IMG/VR virus record: IMGVR_UViG_3300021957_000020 | Length of the DNA stretch: 64,000 nt | Source: an uncultured virus (IMG/VR IMGVR_UViG_3300021957_000020) | Taxonomy: Duplodnaviria > Heunggongvirae > Uroviricota > Caudoviricetes | Direction: 5' to 3' (one strand) | In this document: piece by piece, positions 43,607 through 54,000 of the stretch | Layout of the letters: every line of letters starts with the position of its first letter | How positions within the stretch are numbered: the stretch's first letter is position 1 | Made by a program: the position numbers and the translations under genes | Notes under the pieces: model-generated | The model's database searches: none | What the model saw: the letters and a program-made list of their open reading frames with translations, nothing else | What the model was told of the DNA's origin: nothing

Positions 43607-44604
43607 TGGCTGTTCCAAGCATTACGCTCCCTTCTCTCGAATGTCCTGACGTTCTGTTACCCACACCAGCGAATCTTTCTAATCTCTTTGGCGGTCTTGC
43701 GACTCAAGCCTATCGCTATCCTGACGAATTAAAGGATCTGAAAGAGAAATTAGAACAGATAGAAGAAGATATCCTAGACATATACAATCCTAAGTGGGAA
43801 AAGATCGACATACCAGAAAAGAAATGGGATATCATGATGACTCGTCTTGCTGCTGAATATCCGATGTACGTACAGAAGAAGATACTTGAGCTTATTGATA
43901 CACTCTTTCCTATAGACTTTAACGTAACAGTGTTAGGTATACAGATAGAGATCATTTCTTTCTTAAGAGATCCTTCGAGCATCTCTGATTCTATCTTTTT
44001 AAAAGACATCGATGACCTCTATTTAAAAATACCTGAGGAGTATCGGGTCTGGAACAAATTTGAGACTGCTGACTTTAAAAAAGCATCTGTGATGAATTAC
44101 ATAAGGAGTGAGGTCGCAAAGAAGATGAACTTACTGCTTCATGGAGGGTTCACAGGCCTTATAGGTACCTTTGATGAGGTATGGAGTGCACTCGGTCTTC
44201 CTACCATACCAGCATTAGAAGAGCTCGACTTAGAGACTCTTATAAGAGATAAGACAACAGAGGAGTTAGAGTCAATATCGATCTTCGGTTATAGCTTAAA
44301 TGATCTCTTAGGCGGAGACTTTGATAACAATGTCGATATAGATGAGTACAATAAAGAACGTCTTTTAAAGAGAGCAAGAGAGTTTGCAGAGGAATGGCAG
44401 ACATATTTAATTAAAAAGTGGATGGAAAAGGTAACGGCGTTCTTCGATGCTATAGGACTCAGTTCTTTAACAGAGTTTATTACATTTACTTTCTGCGATT
44501 TCTTAAAGATCGTAGGCTTTCCGTCTACTATAGACTTACCACCATCAATACAGACAGCAGTTGCAACAACAAATAGCTTAACAGTACCTGAAAGTAGCGG
44601 CTAA
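43606..44604 (+). CDS. Hypothetical baseplate-region protein
   Basis: 332 aa, coupled to gp5; acidic and helical. Confidence 0.65.
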   Translation: MAVPSITLPSLECPDVLLPTPANLSNLFGGLATQAYRYPDELKDLKEKLEQIEEDILDIYNPKWEKIDIPEKKWDIMMTRLAAEYPMYVQKKILELIDTLFPIDFNVTVLGIQIEIISFLRDPSSISDSIFLKDIDDLYLKIPEEYRVWNKFETADFKKASVMNYIRSEVAKKMNLLLHGGFTGLIGTFDEVWSALGLPTIPALEELDLETLIRDKTTEELESISIFGYSLNDLLGGDFDNNVDIDEYNKERLLKRAREFAEEWQTYLIKKWMEKVTAFFDAIGLSSLTEFITFTFCDFLKIVGFPSTIDLPPSIQTAVATTNSLTVPESSG

Positions 44605-44608
44605 ACGA

Positions 44609-44616
44609 TATAAATA
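44609..44616 (+). promoter_or_regulatory. Late promoter
   Basis: TATAAATA upstream of gene 25. Confidence 0.75.
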
Positions 44617-44621
44617 ACTAT

Positions 44622-45071
44622 ATGGCAGGATTATATACAGGCGATAAACAGATCTCAGGTAACTTAGAACAGGCTCGAATTGTCTCTAAGAAGAAACCTT
44701 GGAGAGACTTAGATCTTTCTCTTAAGATCCATCCTATACGTAAAGACATTATACCATTAAAGGATGATGTCGCGATTAAGAATGCTGTGAAGAATCTTTT
44801 AATAAGTAATTTCTTCGAAAGACCTTTTCAAGATGATTTAGGCGCTAACCTCAGAGGATTACTCTTTGAGCCGGCAGGGTTTATTACTGAGATACAATTA
44901 AGAGATAACATTCGTACAGTATTGAATAAATATGAACCGAGAGTAAGAGTGACGAATATTGATATCACTGATCTGTCTCAACAGAACGCTTATAAGATAA
45001 TAGTTAATTTTAAAATAAAAGAATATGATTCAGCTGCATCAGTTGAGATTATATTAAGAAGGCTCAGATAA
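44622..45071 (+). CDS. gp25: Baseplate wedge subunit gp25
   Basis: AIKNAVKNLL...ERPF...LLFE...YEPRV. Confidence 0.92.
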   Translation: MAGLYTGDKQISGNLEQARIVSKKKPWRDLDLSLKIHPIRKDIIPLKDDVAIKNAVKNLLISNFFERPFQDDLGANLRGLLFEPAGFITEIQLRDNIRTVLNKYEPRVRVTNIDITDLSQQNAYKIIVNFKIKEYDSAASVEIILRRLR

Positions 45072-45072
45072 T

Positions 45073-46935
45073 ATGGCAACAAACTTAAATGTAACGGAAC
45101 TCGATTTTGCAGATATCAAGCAGAATTTAAAGAACTTTTTAAAACAACAAACAGAGTTTAATGACTATGACTTCGATGGAAGTGGATTAAATGTCCTATT
45201 AGACGTCTTAGCTTATAACACTCATTATAACGCTTTGAATGCTCACTATAGTTTAAATGAATCCTTTTTAGATTCAGCTCAGATACGTGGCAATGTTGTT
45301 ACAAGAGCAAAGCTGTTAGGATATACACCGCGATCAGTCTTATCTCCAAGAGGTAAAGTAGATATTGTAGTGAATGTCGCATCAGAAGTAGGTACAAAGC
45401 CGACCGTCTTAGACCTCACAAGAGGGACTAAATTAAATACTATCGTTGGCGGTGAAGAGTTTCAATACGTTGTATTAGAAACACAGCAAGCAACACTGAG
45501 TGCTGTCACTGCGAATACATATCAATATAATGATGTTATCATAGCAGAAGGTACTGTAAGAGAATTAAAATATAGAGTTGATAATGATATAGAGAATCAG
45601 AAATTTCAACTCTCTGATTATGATGCTGATACAAGTACATTAAGAGTAAGAGTACAGTCAAACGAAGAGTCAAGCTCATTCGACGTATATACAAAATTTG
45701 AGACATTAAAGAACGTTGATTCAGAATCAAAGGTATATTACTTACAAGAAAATCCAAGCGGTTATTATGAGGTATATTTCGGTGATGGAGTAACAGGGTT
45801 TAAGCCGTCTAATAATAATATCGTTACAATCGATTACGTGACTACTCAAGGGAAGGAATCAAATGGAGCTAACAGTTTCTCTATGGTTGATTCTATCGGG
45901 GGATTCTCAGGGATTACAGTGACTCTCGATACGGCCGCTGCTGGTGGTGTAGATCAAGAGACAATGGAGTCAATACGATTTAACGCACCCTTAACCTTTA
46001 TTGCTCAGAACAGAGCGGTAACAGCTGATGACTATGCATCTATTATAAAGAAAGAGTTTAGTAATATCGATTCAATATCTACATGGGGCGGAGAAGATAA
46101 TGATCCACCTGACTATGGTAAGGTATATATCGCAATTAAACCTTTATTAGCAGATCAGTTAACAACAGCTGAGAAGACAGATATTACTGGTGTGATATTA
46201 AAAGGAAAGAATGTAGTATCTATTACACCAGAGATTGTTAACACTAACTATACCTTTTTAGAGATAGACGCTAACTTTAAATATAACCCTAACTTAACAG
46301 ATAGAAGCTCAGTAGAATTACAATCAGTTGTAAGAGATACAATAACAGACTATAATTTTAATAACTTAAATAAATTTGATGGTGTATTTAGGCACTCTCA
46401 ATTAACACGAGCTATTGATAACTCAGATCCTTCTATACTTAATACTATAATACGTCCAAGAATGTTTCAGAATATTACACCGAGTAATGTATCAACGCTA
46501 CCTAATGATTTTAACCTAAGCTTTACATCACCATTCTATCAGAGTGGTAATTCAACAGCCTTTATATTAACATCCTCTGCGTTTAAGATTAATAACGTAG
46601 ATCATTTCTTTGGAGATATACCTATTACAGGATCAACTCAGAGACAAGTAATAGTATATAAGGTAGTTAATTTAGAAAACGTCACAGTGATTAATAACGC
46701 TGGTATTATAGATGTATTAAAAGGTACAATTACTCTTCATAGTTTTTTACCTGACGCAACAACAGCAATTAAAATTACCGTATTACCTAACTCATTAGAC
46801 CTTGCGCCTAAGAGAGATCAGTTAATATCTATAGATAATAATAGCGTTGTTATAACACCAGAGATTGATACCATCGCAGTTGCAGGTTCAGCGGGTAGTA
46901 TTACATATAACACAACATCAAGATTTAAATCATAA
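45073..46935 (+). CDS. gp6: Baseplate wedge subunit gp6
   Basis: LDFADIK, DYDFDGSGL.VLLDVLAYNTHY, YFGDG, AQNRAVTADDY, WGGED. Confidence 0.95.
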   Translation: MATNLNVTELDFADIKQNLKNFLKQQTEFNDYDFDGSGLNVLLDVLAYNTHYNALNAHYSLNESFLDSAQIRGNVVTRAKLLGYTPRSVLSPRGKVDIVVNVASEVGTKPTVLDLTRGTKLNTIVGGEEFQYVVLETQQATLSAVTANTYQYNDVIIAEGTVRELKYRVDNDIENQKFQLSDYDADTSTLRVRVQSNEESSSFDVYTKFETLKNVDSESKVYYLQENPSGYYEVYFGDGVTGFKPSNNNIVTIDYVTTQGKESNGANSFSMVDSIGGFSGITVTLDTAAAGGVDQETMESIRFNAPLTFIAQNRAVTADDYASIIKKEFSNIDSISTWGGEDNDPPDYGKVYIAIKPLLADQLTTAEKTDITGVILKGKNVVSITPEIVNTNYTFLEIDANFKYNPNLTDRSSVELQSVVRDTITDYNFNNLNKFDGVFRHSQLTRAIDNSDPSILNTIIRPRMFQNITPSNVSTLPNDFNLSFTSPFYQSGNSTAFILTSSAFKINNVDHFFGDIPITGSTQRQVIVYKVVNLENVTVINNAGIIDVLKGTITLHSFLPDATTAIKITVLPNSLDLAPKRDQLISIDNNSVVITPEIDTIAVAGSAGSITYNTTSRFKS

Positions 46936-49454
46936 TGCCTCATAAGACTACATTAACTCCAGGTGCAATCGAAGTCGATCATGGGAGTTTAGCTGAAACA
47001 AAAGAAAATATACGTATTGATCAGTTAATACCGTCTGAGATATTAGAAGATAAGGTACAATTAACTAAATTTCTAGAAGCGTATTATACGTTTCAGAATA
47101 TGGATGAGTTTATATATCAAGAAACAGAAAGCTTTGATGATGTAGTACTTAATAATCAAGCTCAGTTTAGAATACCAGATCCTAAAAACGAAAATAATCG
47201 TTTCTTTACAGATGAGACAGGAGCTGATTCTACTCTTATATTAACAGCGCCTAATGGTACAATCACTACAATATCTTTAAATGATATCAATGTAGCAATT
47301 ACTAACGGTAATGAATTACCTGGATCGCTTGTTAATTCAACATCTGAAATAGGTAAGACATATACAGTCAATAGTCTTTCTGGCTATAATAATTATACTG
47401 CTCGATTAACTACAATCGTTAAATATTGGGTCGGTCCAGGACCTTCCTATGTAATGAATACCATTGAACACGCAATGGATATAGATCGTAATGATACAAA
47501 TTATTTAGAGCTTATGCAGAAAGAAATCGCTGCTACCATTCCAAGAGGAGTCACAGTAGATAAAAGGAATCTATATAAACAGATAATAGACTTCTATAAG
47601 TTACGTGGTTCAGCTGATAGTATAGAAATTTTCTTTCGTATATTATTTAATGATTCCGTTGAGGTTGAGTTTCCTTATGATAAAGTATTAGTACCGTCAA
47701 GCGGTGACTGGGAAGCAAATGCTGCTCTTACAAAGGGTGGTATCTATTTAAATAAAAAAGGATTCTTATCAGATAGTATTGTATTACAGGACAGTAAAAA
47801 ATATCAGAAGTTTGCCTACTTAATAAAGACAGGTAAAAATTTAGCTGACTGGGAACTCTCTTACGATAGATTAGTACATCCAGCAGGGTTTATATATTTC
47901 TCAGAGATATTAATCTTCTTAGAATTAACTGGCGCGGCACTTACAGATGCATTAACACTCAGTAGAATGCCTGGTATACAACCTGGTATTATAGGACCTG
48001 AAGATATACCAGTACTTGTAGAGATGTTTGTATCTACATTCTTACCTACAACAACAGCTCATATACATAGAACAGGTACGTTATCTCTTGCTCTTAAAAC
48101 AGGAGTGATTAACGCGATTACAGTAACATCAGGAGGGAGTGGTTATACCAGCGTTCCTACCATTACGTCAAGTGATAGTGGAACGCCTTCAGGGTTTACA
48201 ACCGCTACTCTGACGGGAGTACTTACAAACGGTTCTTTATCTTCTATTACAATAGGTAATGGCGGTAAGGATTATAATGTACCAACATTAACTGTCGCGG
48301 CTCCGACTGCGATGACCTTTAACGGAAGTCAAGCAGAATCATTAGGTTCTGGTACAGTACATATCGTCGATAATACAATTAAATTAACATCAGCTCAGCA
48401 AGCGGCTTTACCAGTCGGAGCTACTGTAACATATTCAACTGGTGGCGGAGGAGCAATCGGTGGTTTAGTTAATGGTACATCATATTTTATTAAGACATCA
48501 ACAGGATCTAAGGTATCTCTTTCAGCTACAAACGGTGGAGCTGTTATCGATATTACGAGCGTGGGAACTGGTACAAGTCATACCTTTACAGGCGCAACAG
48601 CCACAGCAACCGCTACTAAATTAGACGGAGCTTTAGAATCCGTTACGATTGTAGAACCTGGATTTGGTTATTCATCAGCTCCAGCAGTTACATTTAATGG
48701 TATTAATATATCAGGCCAGACTGGCGTAGCTCCTGTTGTATCGATTGCAATTGATTCAAAAGGAAGATTAGATCAAGATAATATTACAATTACATCAGAG
48801 GGATCAAATTTTTCTAACCTATTTGGTTCAGTCGCGGCGAATACAAATGCAGGTAAAATCGCAAGTATAGATCTTATAGGACTTGCAGATAAAAATTATA
48901 CAACAGCACCAACAATTGTATTTCCAGCACCACAATCAAAAGATGCTTTAGGTAATCTCTTATCTACAAATGTAACAGCAACGGCTATATTTACATTAAA
49001 TGCAGATGGAGAAATTACTGGCGTAAGTATTACTGAAGCTGGTAACGGTTATATCATAGACCCAACAGTCAGAATAGGAAGCGCGGTCAATAATGAGGTT
49101 CGAGTAGCTGATCAAAAAGAGATCTTAGATATATCATTAAATCATAATGATGTAGATCTACTTATTACTGAAGTAAAAACAAATCCAAGACAAACGTCTG
49201 GATCAATTATGACATCAACTGGTACAGCTGTTAAATTCTTACCAGCACATACAGTAAAGGTCGTAAATACAAATTTTAGATCTATTATAAATAATGGATA
49301 TAACCAAAGGAAAGGCACAGCTAATTTTTATAATACAGCTCGTCTTTATAATACTAACCAAACAATTGAGTTTTTAGGTAACAAAACTATACAAACTATA
49401 GACTCAAGTGATATAAATAAATATAACACAGGTACTTTTGTACACATAGAATAA
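46935..49454 (+). CDS. gp7: Baseplate wedge initiator gp7-like
   Basis: FLEAYY, IIDFYKLRGS...FFRILF, YQKFAYLIK, VHPAGF; inserted GxGY-x2-P repeats. Confidence 0.75.
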   Translation: MPHKTTLTPGAIEVDHGSLAETKENIRIDQLIPSEILEDKVQLTKFLEAYYTFQNMDEFIYQETESFDDVVLNNQAQFRIPDPKNENNRFFTDETGADSTLILTAPNGTITTISLNDINVAITNGNELPGSLVNSTSEIGKTYTVNSLSGYNNYTARLTTIVKYWVGPGPSYVMNTIEHAMDIDRNDTNYLELMQKEIAATIPRGVTVDKRNLYKQIIDFYKLRGSADSIEIFFRILFNDSVEVEFPYDKVLVPSSGDWEANAALTKGGIYLNKKGFLSDSIVLQDSKKYQKFAYLIKTGKNLADWELSYDRLVHPAGFIYFSEILIFLELTGAALTDALTLSRMPGIQPGIIGPEDIPVLVEMFVSTFLPTTTAHIHRTGTLSLALKTGVINAITVTSGGSGYTSVPTITSSDSGTPSGFTTATLTGVLTNGSLSSITIGNGGKDYNVPTLTVAAPTAMTFNGSQAESLGSGTVHIVDNTIKLTSAQQAALPVGATVTYSTGGGGAIGGLVNGTSYFIKTSTGSKVSLSATNGGAVIDITSVGTGTSHTFTGATATATATKLDGALESVTIVEPGFGYSSAPAVTFNGINISGQTGVAPVVSIAIDSKGRLDQDNITITSEGSNFSNLFGSVAANTNAGKIASIDLIGLADKNYTTAPTIVFPAPQSKDALGNLLSTNVTATAIFTLNADGEITGVSITEAGNGYIIDPTVRIGSAVNNEVRVADQKEILDISLNHNDVDLLITEVKTNPRQTSGSIMTSTGTAVKFLPAHTVKVVNTNFRSIINNGYNQRKGTANFYNTARLYNTNQTIEFLGNKTIQTIDSSDINKYNTGTFVHIE
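49412..49419 (+). promoter_or_regulatory. Late promoter
   Basis: TATAAATA upstream of gene 8. Confidence 0.7.
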
Positions 49455-49469
49455 TAGCAGGAAAGCAGC

Positions 49470-51062
49470 ATGGCAGCAATCATCACATCGAATTTTAGAA
49501 CAACTAATGCAAAGAAATTAAAGCAACAAGTAGGTAGTTCAAGCGTTTATGTAGGAATAGGAAAATCAGACGTATGGTCCTTAACTACATCAGACACAAC
49601 AGACACTACACCCTTTACTCCAGCAGATACTCTTGACCAACTTGGAGAAGCAAGATCTAATCTTATTGGTTTAAAGAAAATTGTAGGAACAGAAATTGCT
49701 CATGTCGTACCAAGACATACTTGGACTTCAGGTAGTTCATACTATGCTTGGGATTCAGATGATGCTAGCATCTTTGATAAAGCATTCTATATTATTACTT
49801 CAGAATTTAAAGTATATAAATGTATTAAAGCAGGCGGTGGAGCTTCAAGTATTCAGCCTACACAAACATTAACTGATCCAACAGCAGAGTCTGATGGATA
49901 TACATGGAAATATATGTTTACAACAGGTGTTGAAGACGCTGAAAAATTCTTAACTAATAGTTATATGCCTGTTAAAACAATTTCATTAGGCGCAGAGGCA
50001 ACTGTCGCTGTCGCAACTACTACTGCAACTGTGATATTAACAGAAACAGTAGACGAAATTACAGTCGGTATGACAATGGCAGGAACTAACGTAGGTTCTG
50101 CAAAAAAAGTATCAGCAATTAACGGTTCAGTCTTAACATTAAATGGAGCGCCAACAGGTTCAGTCACAGGTATTGTTACTTTTTCATGGGCAACAGACGC
50201 TGATGCAGAAGCTCAGTTAACAGAAGCTGATTATGCTCAATACTTAAACCAAAAAGCTTCAACAGCCTCTGCAACTGCAGCAGGTATCGAAAGAATTGAA
50301 GTCACAGCAGGTGGAACAAGTTATACATCAGCTCCAACAGTCGCAATTACAGGAGACGGTTCAGGTGCAACAGCAACTGCTACTGTTTCAGGTGGAGCAG
50401 TCACAGCAGTTACAGTTACAGGTAAGGGTACTAATTATAGAGTAGTCGATATTACTTTCTCAGGTGGCGGTGGTTCCGATGCAGCAGCAAGAGCAGTTCT
50501 TACTCCTAAAGCAGGACATGGAACAGACCCAGTATCAGAACTTGGTGGATTCTTTATCTCATTAAATACTAAACTAGATGGTAATGATGGTGGAGACTTA
50601 ACAGTAGGCAATGACTTTAGACAAATTACTTTGTTTGATGAGCCAAGAAATTATAACGCAACTCCATTAGCTGGAACAGTTGCAACAGACAATACATTAA
50701 AAGCAACAAGCTATTTAGCAATTGCAGCTTCTGGTTCAACAGATAATGCTACTGATTTTACAATTGATGAATTATTAGTAGGACAAACATCTGGTGCACA
50801 AGCATACTTAGTAGAAAAAGATACAACAAATGACTATTTACGATATCATCAAAATGATAAGACAGGTTATAAAGCATTTGTAAACGGAGAAAATGTAATA
50901 GGACAAACAAGTACAAAGAATTGTTTATTACACGCTTCAGCAGCTTTAGGAAATCCAGAAGTAGATCGAATGAGCGGAGACATTTTATTCTTAGAGAATA
51001 GAAATCCTATCAGTAGAACAACAACACAGATTGAAGATATAAAAGTAATTATAGAATTCTAA
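49470..51062 (+). CDS. gp8: Baseplate wedge subunit gp8
   Basis: MAAIITSNFR, VYKCI, DGYTWKYM, GHG.DP..ELGG, NDFRQI, EDIKVIIEF. Confidence 0.92.
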   Translation: MAAIITSNFRTTNAKKLKQQVGSSSVYVGIGKSDVWSLTTSDTTDTTPFTPADTLDQLGEARSNLIGLKKIVGTEIAHVVPRHTWTSGSSYYAWDSDDASIFDKAFYIITSEFKVYKCIKAGGGASSIQPTQTLTDPTAESDGYTWKYMFTTGVEDAEKFLTNSYMPVKTISLGAEATVAVATTTATVILTETVDEITVGMTMAGTNVGSAKKVSAINGSVLTLNGAPTGSVTGIVTFSWATDADAEAQLTEADYAQYLNQKASTASATAAGIERIEVTAGGTSYTSAPTVAITGDGSGATATATVSGGAVTAVTVTGKGTNYRVVDITFSGGGGSDAAARAVLTPKAGHGTDPVSELGGFFISLNTKLDGNDGGDLTVGNDFRQITLFDEPRNYNATPLAGTVATDNTLKATSYLAIAASGSTDNATDFTIDELLVGQTSGAQAYLVEKDTTNDYLRYHQNDKTGYKAFVNGENVIGQTSTKNCLLHASAALGNPEVDRMSGDILFLENRNPISRTTTQIEDIKVIIEF

Positions 51063-51070
51063 TATAAATA
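51063..51070 (+). promoter_or_regulatory. Late promoter
   Basis: TATAAATA. Confidence 0.75.
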
Positions 51071-51089
51071 ATATTAGCAAGAGAGATTT

Positions 51090-54000
51090 ATGGCAACAAC
51101 AATAGTAAACTTACCAGCTGGTTACACATTAGACGATTTTGATGAAACAAAGAATTTTCATCGAGTTCTTTTTAGACCAGGTTATTCAGTTCAAGCAAGA
51201 GAGCTTACACAACTACAAACATCGCTTCAAGCGCAAATAGATCGACATGGTCAATATTCATTTAAAGACGGTTCAAGAGTTGTAAATGGTAAAGTCACAC
51301 TTAATGTAGAATATGATTTTGTAAAAGTAGAATCTTCATTTTATCATTCAGCATCTTCAGCTACATTAACTACAGATAATTACTTAACCGAGTTTGTTGG
51401 AACAACAATTACAGGAGCAACAGGCGGAGTTACTGCAGTTGTACAAGCAGTCATTGCAGCAGGATCTGGCGATCCCGCAACACTATATGTTAAATATACA
51501 GGTTCAGGTACAAACAATGCTACATCAACATTTGCTGCAGGAGAAGTACTCAGTTCAAACGCGAGTACTGTAAGGTACGCAATGGTTGGTGGTAACGCCA
51601 ATCCAAATAATTCAAGTCCTGCAGTAGCTTCAAGTATATCTACTCCTATAGGATTAGGATCAGCAGTTAATATAGAAGAAGGTGTATACTTTATTTCAGG
51701 TACATTTGTTTATGTACCAGCAGGATCGCTTATACTTGACAAATATACAAACACACCAAACTATATTATTGGTTTAAAAGTTACTGAAGATATTGTTGAT
51801 GCTACAACAGATACAACTTTATTAGATAACGCTGCAGGAACTCCAAACACAGCAGCTCCTGGAGCAAGACGATATCGCATTTCAACAACTCTTATTAAAG
51901 AGCCATTAAGCTTATCATCAAGAGTAGAAACAGATTATATTACTCTTATTGTTATTGAAGACGGTAAATCAGCTGTTGATAAGACAGATAAAAATCAAGA
52001 AACAGAATTAACAGAAAGATTAGCAAGAAGAACATTTGAAGAGTCAGGAGATTACTCAGTTAATCCATATCAGTTAAATGTGAGAGAACATTTAGATACA
52101 GGAACTAATAATGGTTATTTAACATCAAGCAATGGTGGGTCTGCTACTAAATTAGCGATTGGTATAGAACCAAATACATCTTACGTAAAAGGATTTAGAG
52201 TTGAAAACACAACAACCAAATATTTAGCTGTTGATAAACCAAGAGGAGCCGATGCTACTATTGATGTTAATCAAACACAACAAACATTAAATCTTGGAAA
52301 CTATATTAGATTAAATGAAGCAAGTTCTCTTGGAATGCCAGACATTGCTACTTTTGATACAATTGATTTATACGATGCAGCTAATGGTGGCGGTACTAAA
52401 AGAGGTACATGCAGAGCTCGAGGAATAAGTCAAGGTTCAAGTTCAACTGAATTATATTTGTATATTTTTGATATCCAATTTAATAGTGGATATGGAATGA
52501 ATAACATTGTAAGTGTTGAATGGGATGATGGCGGAACAGTTAAATTTAGAGCTAATACTTTTGATCAAAGCAGTGTAACTGATAGAACTATATATGGTTC
52601 AAGCTTTAATTCATTAGTTTACAAATTACCATATTCAGCAGTTGATACTTTAAGAGATCCTGGTTCAACAGTTTCTTCACCTTCATATAATACAACATAC
52701 GTAGTAAGAGAAACAAGAACTACAAATGCTAATAATCCAGCTGCTACAATAAGTGGAGCATCGTTTGTTAATGCTTCTACAGTCGTTGCATACATTAAAG
52801 ATGGAAGTACATACAATGCTTTAGACGCAAGTCCAACAGCATCTATTACAGGCGGCGGAAGCACTATCACTTTTACTACAATAGGAGGCTCAAGCGTAAA
52901 TTTATCTGGAGGTCAACAAATTGTATTTAGTGTAGATGTATCATACACTGGTGCTGCACCAAAAACAAAAGATAAAGAGACTCAGACTTTAACAGCTCAA
53001 TCTTTAAGTAGTGGAGTTCTTTCATTAGGTAAAGCTGACATTAAAAAAATTACTTCAATAGTAGATCCAGCTGGACAAAGCGTTATTGGTAGATTTATAT
53101 TAGACAATGGTCAAAGAGATAATTTCTATGATATAGGAAAAATTACTCTTAAGTCAGGCGAAATTGATCCAGGCGCGATTACAGTTGTCTTTGATTGGTA
53201 TGATCATTCTGGCTCAGGCGATTTCTTTAGTGTTGATTCATACGATGATACAGAATATACACAGATACCATCATTCTCAGGTAATATAGGAACAGTTCAA
53301 TTAAGAGATTGTATCGACTTTAGACCGAGAATTAATGATGCAGGTACAAGTTATGCTTCAGGCAGTAACCAATCTCTTTCATCTCCTCCAGTAAATAGTG
53401 GTAATTTCGTAACAGATCTTACGCACTTCTTACCAAGGATTGATAAACTATATGTTACAAGAAAAGGCGAGTTTAAAATAGAAACAGGAGTACCTAGCTC
53501 AAGCCCAAGAGCACCAGGAACACCAGATGATGCAATGGGGATATATGATATTAGAGTATCACCTTATGTTTTTTCATTAAGCGGTGTTAAACCGAAACTT
53601 ATAGAAAACAAAAGATTTACAATGGCAAACATTGGAAGCTTAGACAAACGAATTAAAAATTTAGAATATTTTACATCGCTTTCTTTATTAGAGCAAAGCG
53701 CATCTTCAATTGATATCACTGATTCAACAGGAGCAACTCGACTTAAGAATGGATTTATTGTAGATAACTTTACAAATCATGGAATTGGAGATACATCTAA
53801 TCCGGATTATGCATGCTCTATTGATAAAGAAAATGGTGTCCTTAGACCTAAGTTTGATGAAAGAAATGTTAACCTAGTTAGATTAGCAGGAGATAGTAAT
53901 GCTGCTGTAATTAATGATGGTTTAGTTACTTTACCAATGGGCACAGATGTTAATTATATTAATCAACCTTATGCTTCAACATTTAGTAATGTAAATCCAT

